Assembly: GCA_050480685.1 (NCBI GenBank)
Contig: JBJHAV010000001.1
Location: 1-56,356, forward strand
DNA from: Planctomycetaceae bacterium
Lineage (GTDB): Bacteria; Planctomycetota; UBA1135; GCA-002686595
Direction: 5' to 3'
Length of the DNA: 56,356 nucleotides
Shown here piece by piece: positions 1 through 8,302 of the stretch. A program made the position numbers and the translations under genes. A model generated the notes under the pieces. That model did no database searches, was not told where the DNA came from, and saw only the letters and a program-made list of their open reading frames with translations. How positions within the stretch are numbered: the first letter of the stretch is position 1; every line of letters begins with the position of its first letter.

Positions 1-44
1 CTCCCGACATAGCCGGCGCCGCCGGTAACCAGGATCGTCGTCAT
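1..44 (-). CDS. 5' end of an NAD-dependent sugar epimerase/dehydratase (SDR family); runs off the left edge
   Basis: Reverse-strand ATG at 44..42 followed by MTTILVTGGAGYVG, the TGGAGxxG Rossmann motif typical of GalE/WbpP-type enzymes. Only 14 codons are visible. It lies 46 nt downstream of the WecA-like ORF end. Confidence 0.4.
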   Translation of the reverse strand, partial: MTTILVTGGAGYVG

Positions 45-90
45 CGTGGTGGCATCCGTGGTGCTCCAAGGCGCGGCGGGGTGATCCGGC

Positions 91-1953
91 TCAGCGCTTT
101 GCGCTGACCGAAGGGGATGGGCTCATGGTGTGACGCAACTCTCGCTCCCCGCGCGCTGCTGCGATCGGCGCGCTGAGGCGAAGGACGACGATGTAGAGCG
201 CGGCGGGAAGGGCTACCGCCAAGCTGCCGGACACGGCTTCGGGCAGCGTGAGGCCGACAGGGATGGCGACGATCGTCCAATAGATGAGCACGGCACGGCG
301 GCGGCCGAAGCGATGCTCGAGCCGGTGGTGCAGGTGGTCGCGATCGGCTGCGAAGGGCGAGCGCCCGTCGCGTGCGCGGCGCACGGCGAGACGCAGACAG
401 TCGAGCACCGGGATCAGGAACCACGTGACCGCCGTGCCGGCCGTCATTCCGACCGCTACGCCTTCATTGTACAGGAGAATTGCGACGAAGCCGACGAGCG
501 CCGCTCCGGCATATGCTCCGGCATCACCCAGAAACAGCCGCCCGCGCCAATTGAACAGAGTGACGATCAGCACTGATGCGAGCAGCATCGCCAGGGCCGG
601 CGCCAAGCCGGGCGGCGCCAGCACGAGCAACCCGGCCGCGTCGGCGCGCACGCGCGTCGAAGCGCCGTCCAGGTAAGCGTGCGCGATCGATTCCAGGGCC
701 GGCAGCAGCACGCCGTCGAAGCGCTCCGCGTCGCCGCCGGCCTGTTCGTAGTGGCGCGCGGCGCGCGCGAACCAAAGGGCCGCATCCGCCGAGTCGCGCC
801 GCGGTCCCTCGGCCCCCGCGCCCAGGCGTTCGGGCAAGCACCCCGCGCGCAGTTCCGCCGCCAGCCCTTCAAGCGCGGCCCCCAGCGCCTCCGTGCGCCC
901 GCGCGCCGCCGTCAGGCCGGGCAGGGCCAGGGCCGTGTCGCGGCTGCGCTCCCCATACCAGGGATAGCCGGCAATGACCCCCGTCCGACCGGTCCCGTCG
1001 CGGTAGAGAAACGCCTCCGCCGCCAGATCCAGGCGCGCGCCCAGGTCCAGCTCCCGGCCGGGCTCGCCGCCCAGGGCGGCCACTTCCGCCAGCCGCCGCG
1101 CGCTCTCCGCCTCCCACAGGCCTTCCGGATCCTCGACCCCCTCGCCCAAGGCGACCGCGAGCACCACCTCCGCGCCGATCGGCAGGGGCAGCTCGAACCA
1201 GCCCGGGCTGGCGTTGTCCTCGTGGCAGTCGAATCCCTGGGCCAGGTCCTGGGTGTACTCGATGCGCCGATACCAGACCGGATCCGCCTCGAAGCGCGCC
1301 GTCGCGCCCGCCATGGTGAAGGCGACCTGGGGCAGCCCCGGGTACGGCTGGAACGCGACCGCCGCACCCCGGCGCCGGGCGCGCTGGTCGAAGTCGAAGT
1401 TTTCGAAGGTCAGCCGATCCGCCTCGCGGTACGGCAAAAGCGGGCGCAGGCGCAGACTCAGCCCCGCGCGTTCGCCGGTGTTCGTGTAGCGCACCAGCAC
1501 CGCGCGCAGGCCGCGCGGCACCAGGATCTCGCGGGTCACCCGCGCGAGGCCCAGGCGGTAGGTCCAGCGCGGCCACGGCGCCAACTCGAAACCTTCGCAG
1601 CCCAGGTGCCCCTGGGGTTGGAACACCCCCGGATAGCGCGCCGTGCCCAGGGCCAGGGAACGCTCCGCGCCGGCGGCCACCTCGGGCCCGGCGAGGGTTT
1701 CGTCCAAGCGCCCGAGGAACACGTGCCTGCGCACGGATCCCGGCGGCTGGGCCACGAGCAGCCCGTGTTGGCGCCGGGTCGGGCAGAGGGGCACCGTGGA
1801 GGAGGCGTAGCCCCCCAGGCCGTCCGCCTCGACCCACTCGCGGGTCAGGCTGACGTCGAGCTGGTGGCAGTCCTCACGGGACTGGCGCAGGAGCGGCAGC
1901 CCCGCGCGTTCGGGGGTCGCGCCGGAACCGGTCGGGGCAGGGGGCGCTTGCAT
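91..1953 (-). CDS. Chimeric ORF: glycogen-debranching-enzyme-like N-terminal ~445 aa fused in frame to a WecA/MraY-family (GT4 polyprenyl-phosphate sugar-phosphate transferase) C-terminal ~175 aa
   Basis: The N-terminus (LTREWVEADGLGGYASSTV..., ...ALWFARAARHYEQAGGD...) resembles bacterial GDE_N plus the start of the amylo-alpha-1,6-glucosidase domain. The C-terminus (FLGDAGAYAGAALVGF..., DRDHLHHRL) has WecA/MraY signatures and transmembrane helices. The junction is near 600-615. Confidence 0.7.
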   Translation of the reverse strand: MQAPPAPTGSGATPERAGLPLLRQSREDCHQLDVSLTREWVEADGLGGYASSTVPLCPTRRQHGLLVAQPPGSVRRHVFLGRLDETLAGPEVAAGAERSLALGTARYPGVFQPQGHLGCEGFELAPWPRWTYRLGLARVTREILVPRGLRAVLVRYTNTGERAGLSLRLRPLLPYREADRLTFENFDFDQRARRRGAAVAFQPYPGLPQVAFTMAGATARFEADPVWYRRIEYTQDLAQGFDCHEDNASPGWFELPLPIGAEVVLAVALGEGVEDPEGLWEAESARRLAEVAALGGEPGRELDLGARLDLAAEAFLYRDGTGRTGVIAGYPWYGERSRDTALALPGLTAARGRTEALGAALEGLAAELRAGCLPERLGAGAEGPRRDSADAALWFARAARHYEQAGGDAERFDGVLLPALESIAHAYLDGASTRVRADAAGLLVLAPPGLAPALAMLLASVLIVTLFNWRGRLFLGDAGAYAGAALVGFVAILLYNEGVAVGMTAGTAVTWFLIPVLDCLRLAVRRARDGRSPFAADRDHLHHRLEHRFGRRRAVLIYWTIVAIPVGLTLPEAVSGSLAVALPAALYIVVLRLSAPIAAARGERELRHTMSPSPSVSAKR

Positions 1954-2073
1954 GGGTCCTTCCGGAGCGGGCCGGCGGCGCTCTGTTGTAACGCCTGGCC
2001 GCCCCGGGACCCAGGAGCCTCGCGGGGCTTCACCCCCGGGCGGGACCGGCCGGGGCCGCCCGTCGCCGGCGCC

Positions 2074-3150
2074 CTAAAAGCCGCCCGGGCGGGGCGGATC
2101 GGGCCGGGCGGCGCGGAACTCGACCTGGAGCTCCATACGACCGCTGAAAGTGACCGCCTCGAAGCTCTCGATCGGGCGAGTGGGCCCCGGCTGACGCAGA
2201 TCGCGGCGGTCCGTGCCCCGGTACGCGGCGGAGAGTGAAAGCCGCGCGGGGCGCGCCGCGCCCAGATTCCACAAAAGTTCACCCGTCAGCGCGAACACCA
2301 CTTCGGTGGAGCCCGCTTCCCCGCGGTCGATTTCGTCCACCCGCACCCACTCGGAGCGGCAACGCACGTCGCCCGCCAGGCGCAGTTCCGCGAAGCGCCC
2401 GTCCAACTGTTCCCGGCGCCCGAAGAGGGTCAACTCCAGGGGGCCCTCGGGATCGGCCAGGGTGCGCCACCAGCGTTCCAGGAAGGCGCGCGCCGGACCG
2501 TCGAGTTCGTCCGCCCCCTCGCCGTCCTCGAAGGCCAAGGGGCCGCCGGGCTGCCAGAGCTCCCCCAGCACACTCGCCGGCACGGTCCAGCGTTCGCCGA
2601 GCTCGCGCTCCGGGCCCACGCCGAGGGCGGCCAGGTCGCCGTCCGGGGTCAGCTCGCCGAGCCGCTCGGGATCGCCGCGGCGCAGCAGCTCCACGCCGAA
2701 GGGTTCAGCCGGGGAAGCGCGCCGGAAGGCGACTTTCGCCCGCTGGAAGGGGCTCTCGGCCCGCACGTCGAGGGGCAGGTGGGCGCGCTCGCCGGTCAAG
2801 GGATCCTCGTCCGGAACGGAGTGGCGGCGCTGCTCTTCGAGCCGCTCGAACTCGCGCTCGAAGGCCACAACGGCCCCGGTCCCGTCCCTTTCGAATGCGG
2901 AATCGAGCAGCACCCTTCGGCGCACCAGCCGCAGGTCTTGGGGCGAACCTTCCAGGGGCTGGCGGGGCCGGGTGCGCCCGTCCAGGGCCCCGTCCCGGAA
3001 CTCGGCGCGGTGCTCGAAGCGCAGCTCGAAGCGGCGCTCGACCGGGTCTCCGCCGCCGGGCGGAAGCTGGCCCGATCCGCGGCTCCCCAGGCCCAAAAGG
3101 GTGCCGGGAACGGCCAAGAGAACGAGCAGGGTCGCACCGCGCACTGTCAC
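2074..3150 (-). CDS. Secreted hypothetical protein
   Basis: 358-aa ORF with a GTG start and an N-terminal signal-like helix (ATLLVLLAVPGTLLGLG). Acidic/Arg-rich with coding-like composition. No family recognised. Confidence 0.55.
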   Translation of the reverse strand: MTVRGATLLVLLAVPGTLLGLGSRGSGQLPPGGGDPVERRFELRFEHRAEFRDGALDGRTRPRQPLEGSPQDLRLVRRRVLLDSAFERDGTGAVVAFEREFERLEEQRRHSVPDEDPLTGERAHLPLDVRAESPFQRAKVAFRRASPAEPFGVELLRRGDPERLGELTPDGDLAALGVGPERELGERWTVPASVLGELWQPGGPLAFEDGEGADELDGPARAFLERWWRTLADPEGPLELTLFGRREQLDGRFAELRLAGDVRCRSEWVRVDEIDRGEAGSTEVVFALTGELLWNLGAARPARLSLSAAYRGTDRRDLRQPGPTRPIESFEAVTFSGRMELQVEFRAARPDPPRPGGF

Positions 3151-3227
3151 AGGATCACCTCCCGCGCCATGCTAAAGGTCCTTCGCCTGCGGTCCCATCC
3201 TTAGCCGCGGCCCTACCCCCCACCGTT

Positions 3228-3938
3228 TTGGAAACCCGCATCGCCTTCGAGATCCTGGCGCAGCCGGACGATTCCACCTGCGGGCCCACCTGCCTGCAGG
3301 CGGTGTACGGCTTCTACGGCGATGCGCTGCCCCTGGAACAGGTGATCGCGGAGGTGCCGCCCCTGGAGCACGGGGGCACCCTGGCCGTGCTGCTCGCCAA
3401 CCACGCCCTGGCGCGCGGCTACGAGGCGCGCATCCACACCTTCAACCTGCAGGTGTTTGATCCCTCCTGGTTCGAAGCGCCGCTGACCGCCATGCCCGAG
3501 CGGCTCGAAGAGCAAATCCGCGTCTCGCGCAACCCCAAGAAGCGTTTGGCTTCGCGCGCCTACGTGGAGTACCTCGCTCGGGGAGGCGACGTGCAGTTCA
3601 CCGACCTGACCACCGGCCTCCTGCGGCGCTATCTCAAACGCGGGCAACCGATTCTGACGGGCCTCAGCGCCACGTTCCTGTATCGCTGCAAACGCGAGCA
3701 CGGCGAGCCCCTCCGTTTCGACGACGTGCGCGGCAATCCCCAGGGCCACTTCGTGGTGCTGTGCGGCTACGACTCGGAGACGCGGCGGGTGCTGGTGGCC
3801 GATCCGCTGCTCAGCAATCCCCTGGGACGCGACCACTATTACGAGGTCGACATCGACCGGCTGATCAACGCGATTTTGCTCGGCATCCTGACCTACGACG
3901 CGAACCTGCTGCTGCTGCGCCCACGCGGCACGGACTGA
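3228..3938 (+). CDS. Peptidase C39-like / papain-fold cysteine peptidase domain protein
   Basis: DDSTCGPTCLQAVYGFYG (catalytic Cys context) and GHFVVLCGYD (His context). The only start candidate after the divergent gene is TTG at 3228, so the start is uncertain. The stop lies 2 nt before the next gene. Confidence 0.65.
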   Translation: METRIAFEILAQPDDSTCGPTCLQAVYGFYGDALPLEQVIAEVPPLEHGGTLAVLLANHALARGYEARIHTFNLQVFDPSWFEAPLTAMPERLEEQIRVSRNPKKRLASRAYVEYLARGGDVQFTDLTTGLLRRYLKRGQPILTGLSATFLYRCKREHGEPLRFDDVRGNPQGHFVVLCGYDSETRRVLVADPLLSNPLGRDHYYEVDIDRLINAILLGILTYDANLLLLRPRGTD

Positions 3939-3940
3939 AC

Positions 3941-5410
3941 ATGCCCCTGCTCCTGGTCGTCGACAATCCGTCCAATTGGAACCTGGAGATCCCCGGAGTC
4001 GACGTGGTCAAGGCCAGGTCGTACCTCTCGGACCCGGCCTACAGCGAGCTGCGCGGAGTGAAGCTCTTCAATCTCTGCCGCTCCTACGCCTACCAGAGCC
4101 TGGGTTATTACGTGTCGTTGCTCGCCGAGGCGCGTGGACACCGCGCCCAGCCCAGCGTGGCCGCCATCCAGGACATGCGCTCCCAGGCCGCCACGGCGAC
4201 GATCTCGGACGATCTGGACCGCCTGATCCAAAAGACCCTGGGCGGACTGCGCGCCGAGGAACACACGATCAGCATCTACTTCGGCCGCTCGCTCACGAAA
4301 CGGGACCAGCGTTTGGCGGCCACCCTGTGCAACCAGTTCCAGGTGCCCCTGCTGCGCGCGCGCTTCGAACGCCACAAGGACGGCAGTTGGCACCTGGTCC
4401 AGGTGCGCCCGATTCCGGCCTCGGAGATTCCCCAGAGCCACCGGCCCTTCGTGGTCGAGGCCGCCACGAACTACTTCCAGAACGACTCCTGGAGCCGCAA
4501 GCGCCGGGTGCGTCCGCGCGCCTACCTGGCGGTGCTGCACGATCCGGAGGAAGAAAGCCCGCCCTCCAACAAACGCGCCCTGGGGCGTTTCCTAAAGGTC
4601 GCCAAGGAGCTCGACATCGCCGCCCAGCTCATCACCAAAGGCGATTTCGCGCACCTGGCCAGTTACGACGCGCTGTTCATCCGCACAACGACCTACGTCA
4701 ACCACTACACCTGGCGTTTCGCCCGGCGCGCCGCGGCCGAGGGCCTGGTGGTGATCGACGACCCCCAGTCGATCATGCGCTGCACGAACAAGGTTTATCT
4801 GGCCGAATTGCTCGGCCGCCACCAGATTCGCACGCCGCGCACCATGATCGTGCACGAGGGTAACCGCGGGCAGGTGGCCGCAACCTTGGGTTTGCCCTGT
4901 GTGCTCAAGCAACCCGACAGCGCGTTTTCGATCGGCGTGGTCAAAGCGCGTGACGAAGCCGATCTGGAGCGTCACTTGGACCATCTGCTGGGCGAATCCG
5001 ATCTGGTCATCGCCCAGGAGTTTTTGCCCACGGACTACGACTGGCGCGTGGGCATCTTCGACAAAAAACCGCTCTACGTCTGCCGCTACTTCATGGCCAA
5101 GGGCCACTGGCAGATCATCAGCCGTGAGAGCGGCAAGGAGACCGACTACGGCGCGGTCGAAACACTGGCCGTGGAGGATGCACCCCGCAACGTGGTGCGC
5201 ACCGCACTCAAGGCGGCCAACCTGATCGGTGACGGTCTCTACGGGGTCGATCTCAAGCAGTCGGGCAAAAAGGTCTACGTGATCGAAGTGAACGACAACC
5301 CGAACCTGGATGCGGGCTTCGAGGACAAGGTGCTAGGCGAAGGCCTGTACCGCACGATCCTGGAAGGTTTTTTGCGGCGCGTGGAAGCGCGCGGGAGCGA
5401 ACGGCGATGA
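3941..5410 (+). CDS. RimK-type ATP-grasp ligase with a ~200-aa N-terminal extension domain
   Basis: The C-terminal half has ATP-grasp hallmarks (LPCVLKQPDSAFSIGVVKA, IAQEFLPTDYDWRVGIF, GVDLKQSGKKVYVIEVNDNP). ATG at 3941. Confidence 0.85.
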   Translation: MPLLLVVDNPSNWNLEIPGVDVVKARSYLSDPAYSELRGVKLFNLCRSYAYQSLGYYVSLLAEARGHRAQPSVAAIQDMRSQAATATISDDLDRLIQKTLGGLRAEEHTISIYFGRSLTKRDQRLAATLCNQFQVPLLRARFERHKDGSWHLVQVRPIPASEIPQSHRPFVVEAATNYFQNDSWSRKRRVRPRAYLAVLHDPEEESPPSNKRALGRFLKVAKELDIAAQLITKGDFAHLASYDALFIRTTTYVNHYTWRFARRAAAEGLVVIDDPQSIMRCTNKVYLAELLGRHQIRTPRTMIVHEGNRGQVAATLGLPCVLKQPDSAFSIGVVKARDEADLERHLDHLLGESDLVIAQEFLPTDYDWRVGIFDKKPLYVCRYFMAKGHWQIISRESGKETDYGAVETLAVEDAPRNVVRTALKAANLIGDGLYGVDLKQSGKKVYVIEVNDNPNLDAGFEDKVLGEGLYRTILEGFLRRVEARGSERR

Positions 5411-6648
5411 GCGCGCGGGAACGGGGGCCCTTGAGCCTGTTCGAGGGATACGGCATCGAACTGGAGTACATGGTGGTGGATGCGCAGGGGCTGGACGTGG
5501 CCCCGATCGTGCCCGAGCTTTTGGCCGACGCAACCGGCGAGCCGGGGGCCTGCGACGTGGAGCGCGGCAAGGTGGCTTGGTCGAACGAGCTCGCCGCCCA
5601 CGTGGTCGAACTCAAGACCAACGGCCCGGCCCCGACCTTGGAGGGCTTGGCCGCCGCCTTCCAGGCCGACGTGGACGAGATCGAGCACCTGCTCGCGCGC
5701 CGCGGCGCGCGCCTGCTGCCCGGAGCGATGCACCCCTGGATGGATCCAAAGCGCGAGACGCGGCTCTTCCCGGGCGAATACAACGAGGTTTACCGCACCT
5801 TCGACCGCATCTTCGATTGCCGCCACCACGGCTGGGGCAACCTGCAGAGCACCCACATCAACCTGCCCTTCGCGAACGACGAAGAGTTCGCGCGCCTGCA
5901 CGCCGCGGTGCGCGTGGCGCTACCGATCCTGCCCGCGCTGGCGGCTAGTTCGCCGGTGATGGACGGCGCGCCCAGCGGCTTTTTGGACAACCGCATGCGC
6001 GTCTATCGCGGCAATGCGCGCCGGGTGCCCCAGGTGAGCGGTCATGTGGTGCCCGAACCCATGGGCAGCCGCGCCCAATACGAAGGCGAACTGCTCGGTT
6101 CGATCTTCGCGGCCCTCGAGCCCCATGATCCCGAGGGTGTGCTGCGCCACGAGTGGGCCAACGCGCGCGGGGCGATCGCGCGCTTCGACCGCATGGCGAT
6201 CGAAATCCGCATCCTCGACATCCAAGAGTGCCCCCTGGCGGACCTGGCGGTGGTGCAGGCGGTGGTCGCCCTGGTGCGCGGCCTGATGGAAGGCCGCTTC
6301 GGCGATCCGGCGCGTTTTGATGCCCTGGCGACCGAAACCCTGGCCGCGGAGTTGTGGCGCACGGTGGACGCGGGCGAGCGCGCGCGCATCGAGAGCCGCG
6401 AGTACCTGGAATCCTTGGGTTGGCGCGGCGCTGCGCCCGAGGCCGGCGAGTTGTGGCGGCACGTTTTGGAGCGCTGCGCGCCCATCGGCGGGGCCGAGGG
6501 CGAGGCCCTCGGTGTGCTGCTCGCGGAGGGTCCGCTGGCGCGGCGGCTGGAGCGGCGGCTGGGGCCCTCGCCCTCCCGTGCAGAACTGACCGAGGTCTAC
6601 GGCGAATTGGCGGACTGCCTGCGGGACGGGAGGCTGTTGCGTGCGTAG
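5407..6648 (+). CDS. Glutamate-cysteine ligase family 2 (GCS2 / YbdK-like carboxylate-amine ligase)
   Basis: N-terminal GYGIELEYMVVD and overall GCS2-like layout. ATGA overlap with the upstream ATP-grasp gene. Confidence 0.8.
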   Translation: MSARERGPLSLFEGYGIELEYMVVDAQGLDVAPIVPELLADATGEPGACDVERGKVAWSNELAAHVVELKTNGPAPTLEGLAAAFQADVDEIEHLLARRGARLLPGAMHPWMDPKRETRLFPGEYNEVYRTFDRIFDCRHHGWGNLQSTHINLPFANDEEFARLHAAVRVALPILPALAASSPVMDGAPSGFLDNRMRVYRGNARRVPQVSGHVVPEPMGSRAQYEGELLGSIFAALEPHDPEGVLRHEWANARGAIARFDRMAIEIRILDIQECPLADLAVVQAVVALVRGLMEGRFGDPARFDALATETLAAELWRTVDAGERARIESREYLESLGWRGAAPEAGELWRHVLERCAPIGGAEGEALGVLLAEGPLARRLERRLGPSPSRAELTEVYGELADCLRDGRLLRA

Positions 6649-7366
6649 GCGCGGGGCGCCGGCCCTCGTGCTGAGCGCCGAACACGCGTCGCCCCGGGTG
6701 CCCGCCCACCTGCGCGCGGCCTTCGCCGCCGCCGGGCTGCGGGCCGAGGGGCACCGGGCCTTCGACCCGGGCTCGCGCGCGATCGCCCTGGGACTCTCGC
6801 GGGCCTTCGATGCGCCGCTCTCCCTCGGCCAAGTGACGCGCCTGGTGGTCGACCTGAACCGCTCGATCGGGCACCCGCGACTCTTTTCGGCGGCGACGCG
6901 GGGCCTGGGCGCGGAGGCGCGGGAGGAGCTGATCGAGAGTTATTGGCGTCCCTTCCGGGCCGAGGTCGAAGCGCGGGTGGAGGCGGCGACCGCGTGCGGT
7001 CCGGCCCTGCATCTGAGCCTGCATTCCTTCACGCCGGAGCTGGACGGGGAGGTGCGGGAGGTGGATCTGGGCTTGCTCTACGACCCGGCACGGCCCCTGG
7101 AACGGGCCCTGGCGCAGGCCTGGCGGCGCTCCCTCGCGGCCGCGGCCCCGGGCCTGCGGGTGCGTTTCAATCGGCCCTACCGGGGCGCGGCGGACGGGCA
7201 CACCACCGCCCTGCGCCGGGTTTTCCCGGCCGAGCGCTACGCCGGGCTGGAACTGGAGGTCAACCAGGCCCTGATGCCCGGCGGGGTGGCCCCCAGGGGC
7301 CTGCGGGCGGCCCTGGAGCGCTCCCTCCGGGAGCTTCTGACGCATCGCGAGCTATATAGTTGTTGA
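6641..7366 (+). CDS. N-formylglutamate amidohydrolase (FGase) family hydrolase
   Basis: VLSAEHASPRVP, VVDLNR and LHLSLHSFTP motifs typical of the FGase family. GTG start overlapping the GCS2 stop by 8 nt. Confidence 0.75.
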   Translation: MRRRGAPALVLSAEHASPRVPAHLRAAFAAAGLRAEGHRAFDPGSRAIALGLSRAFDAPLSLGQVTRLVVDLNRSIGHPRLFSAATRGLGAEAREELIESYWRPFRAEVEARVEAATACGPALHLSLHSFTPELDGEVREVDLGLLYDPARPLERALAQAWRRSLAAAAPGLRVRFNRPYRGAADGHTTALRRVFPAERYAGLELEVNQALMPGGVAPRGLRAALERSLRELLTHRELYSC

Positions 7367-7391
7367 CTTTCGCAACTGTAGAGCCGATACT
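7363..7391 (+). promoter_or_regulatory. Candidate sigma70-type promoter (TTGACT-17 nt-GATACT) for a leaderless or near-leaderless arsR-family transcript, overlapped by an imperfect inverted repeat
   Basis: TTGACT at 7363-7368, GATACT at 7386-7391, ATG at 7398, and no Shine-Dalgarno in between. ATAGTTG (7356-7362) and CAACTGT (7373-7379) form a 6/7 inverted repeat over the -35 element. Confidence 0.35.
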
Positions 7392-7397
7392 TCCCCC

Positions 7398-7844
7398 ATG
7401 CCGATCGAAACGAGCGACGCCGGGGAGCTCAACCTGCTGCCGGAGGTCCCGGCCGCGGATGGGCTCGGGCACGGCCACTCACAGGGGCACGGGCACGAGG
7501 GCGAAGAAGGCACCTGCGAAGACGGCACCCACCGCCCGCGCGGCGCCGCCAGCCACGGGGAAGAAGCCTTCGAGCGCGCCGTGCGCATCTTCAAGGCCCT
7601 GGGCGACCTCAAGCGCCTGCAATTGCTCGAGCTGCTCGTGCGCGGCGAAGCCTGCGTGACCGAGCTGGCCGACAGCACCGGGGAAGCGCTGCCAGCCATC
7701 AGCCAGCGTCTGCGCCTCTTGCGCTCCGAAGACCTCGTGCGCGGTCGGCGCGACGGCAAACACGTTTTCTATTCCGTCTCCGACGGCCACGTGGCGGCGC
7801 TGGTGCTCAGCGCCCTCGACCACGCCGCGGAGCTCCAACCCTGA
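7398..7844 (+). CDS. ArsR/SmtB-family metalloregulator with an alpha5 (DxHx10HxxE) site and a His-rich N-terminal tail
   Basis: Winged-helix core (LGDLKRLQLLELLVRGEACVTELADSTGEALPAISQRLRLLRSEDLV). SDGHVAALVLSALDHAAE matches DxHx10HxxE exactly. N-terminal GHGHSQGHGHEGEEG. Confidence 0.85.
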   Translation: MPIETSDAGELNLLPEVPAADGLGHGHSQGHGHEGEEGTCEDGTHRPRGAASHGEEAFERAVRIFKALGDLKRLQLLELLVRGEACVTELADSTGEALPAISQRLRLLRSEDLVRGRRDGKHVFYSVSDGHVAALVLSALDHAAELQP

Positions 7845-7864
7845 AACCCAAACGAGATTCCGCC

Positions 7865-8212
7865 ATGGCCTGCAAAGACACCCACGCCTCCCACTCCCAC
7901 ACCCACGGCAAGGACTGCGGCCACGTCGCCGTGCAACACGACGGGCACGTCGATTACCTGCACGACGGCCACCTGCACCACCCCCACGGGGACCACGTGG
8001 ACGAACACCGCCTGGCGGTCGGCGGCGAGAACCCCGCCGACTGCACGCCGAAGCACGCCTGCGACGGCCACGAAGCCGGCCACCGCCATGGCCCCGACTG
8101 CGGCCACCCGGCCGTGCCCCACGGGGACCACACCGACTACCTGGTGGACGGGCACCTGCACCACCCCCACGGCTCGCACTGCGACCACCACGGCGCCGTG
8201 CGCCTGGCCTGA
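7865..8212 (+). CDS. Cytoplasmic His-rich metal-binding protein with an internal duplication
   Basis: 115 aa, of which I count 28 His and 6 Cys. Two copies of CGHxAVxH(D/G)(G/D)HxDYLxDGHLHHPHGxH. No signal peptide. Starts 20 nt after the ArsR-family gene. Confidence 0.75.
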   Translation: MACKDTHASHSHTHGKDCGHVAVQHDGHVDYLHDGHLHHPHGDHVDEHRLAVGGENPADCTPKHACDGHEAGHRHGPDCGHPAVPHGDHTDYLVDGHLHHPHGSHCDHHGAVRLA

Positions 8213-8254
8213 CGAAGTCGGACCGCGATTCGGGCCGCCCGGCGGCCGGTTTCG

Positions 8255-8286
8255 AGGAGAGTCGGCTCCGGCGAGTCGACTCTCCT
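8255..8286. terminator. Perfect 10-bp GC-rich hairpin between convergent genes (candidate bidirectional terminator, no U-tract)
   Basis: AGGAGAGTCG (8255-8264) pairs with CGACTCTCCT (8277-8286) around a 12-nt loop. It lies between the His-rich gene stop (8212) and the M28 stop (8303). Confidence 0.5.
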
Positions 8287-8302
8287 TCCCGTTACCTCGC
8301 GG

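Noticed and set aside
679-2238. 519-aa plus-strand ORF antisense to the GDE-like gene
   Set aside because: Arg/Ala/Pro/Gly/Gln-rich with no motifs, whereas the opposite strand has clear family signatures. This is a typical shadow ORF in GC-rich DNA.
2235-3227. Upstream extension of the C39-like peptidase ORF (567-aa track entry)
   Set aside because: It lies antisense to the 2074-3150 gene and is Arg/Pro-rich junk. Recognisable peptidase sequence starts only after about 3228.
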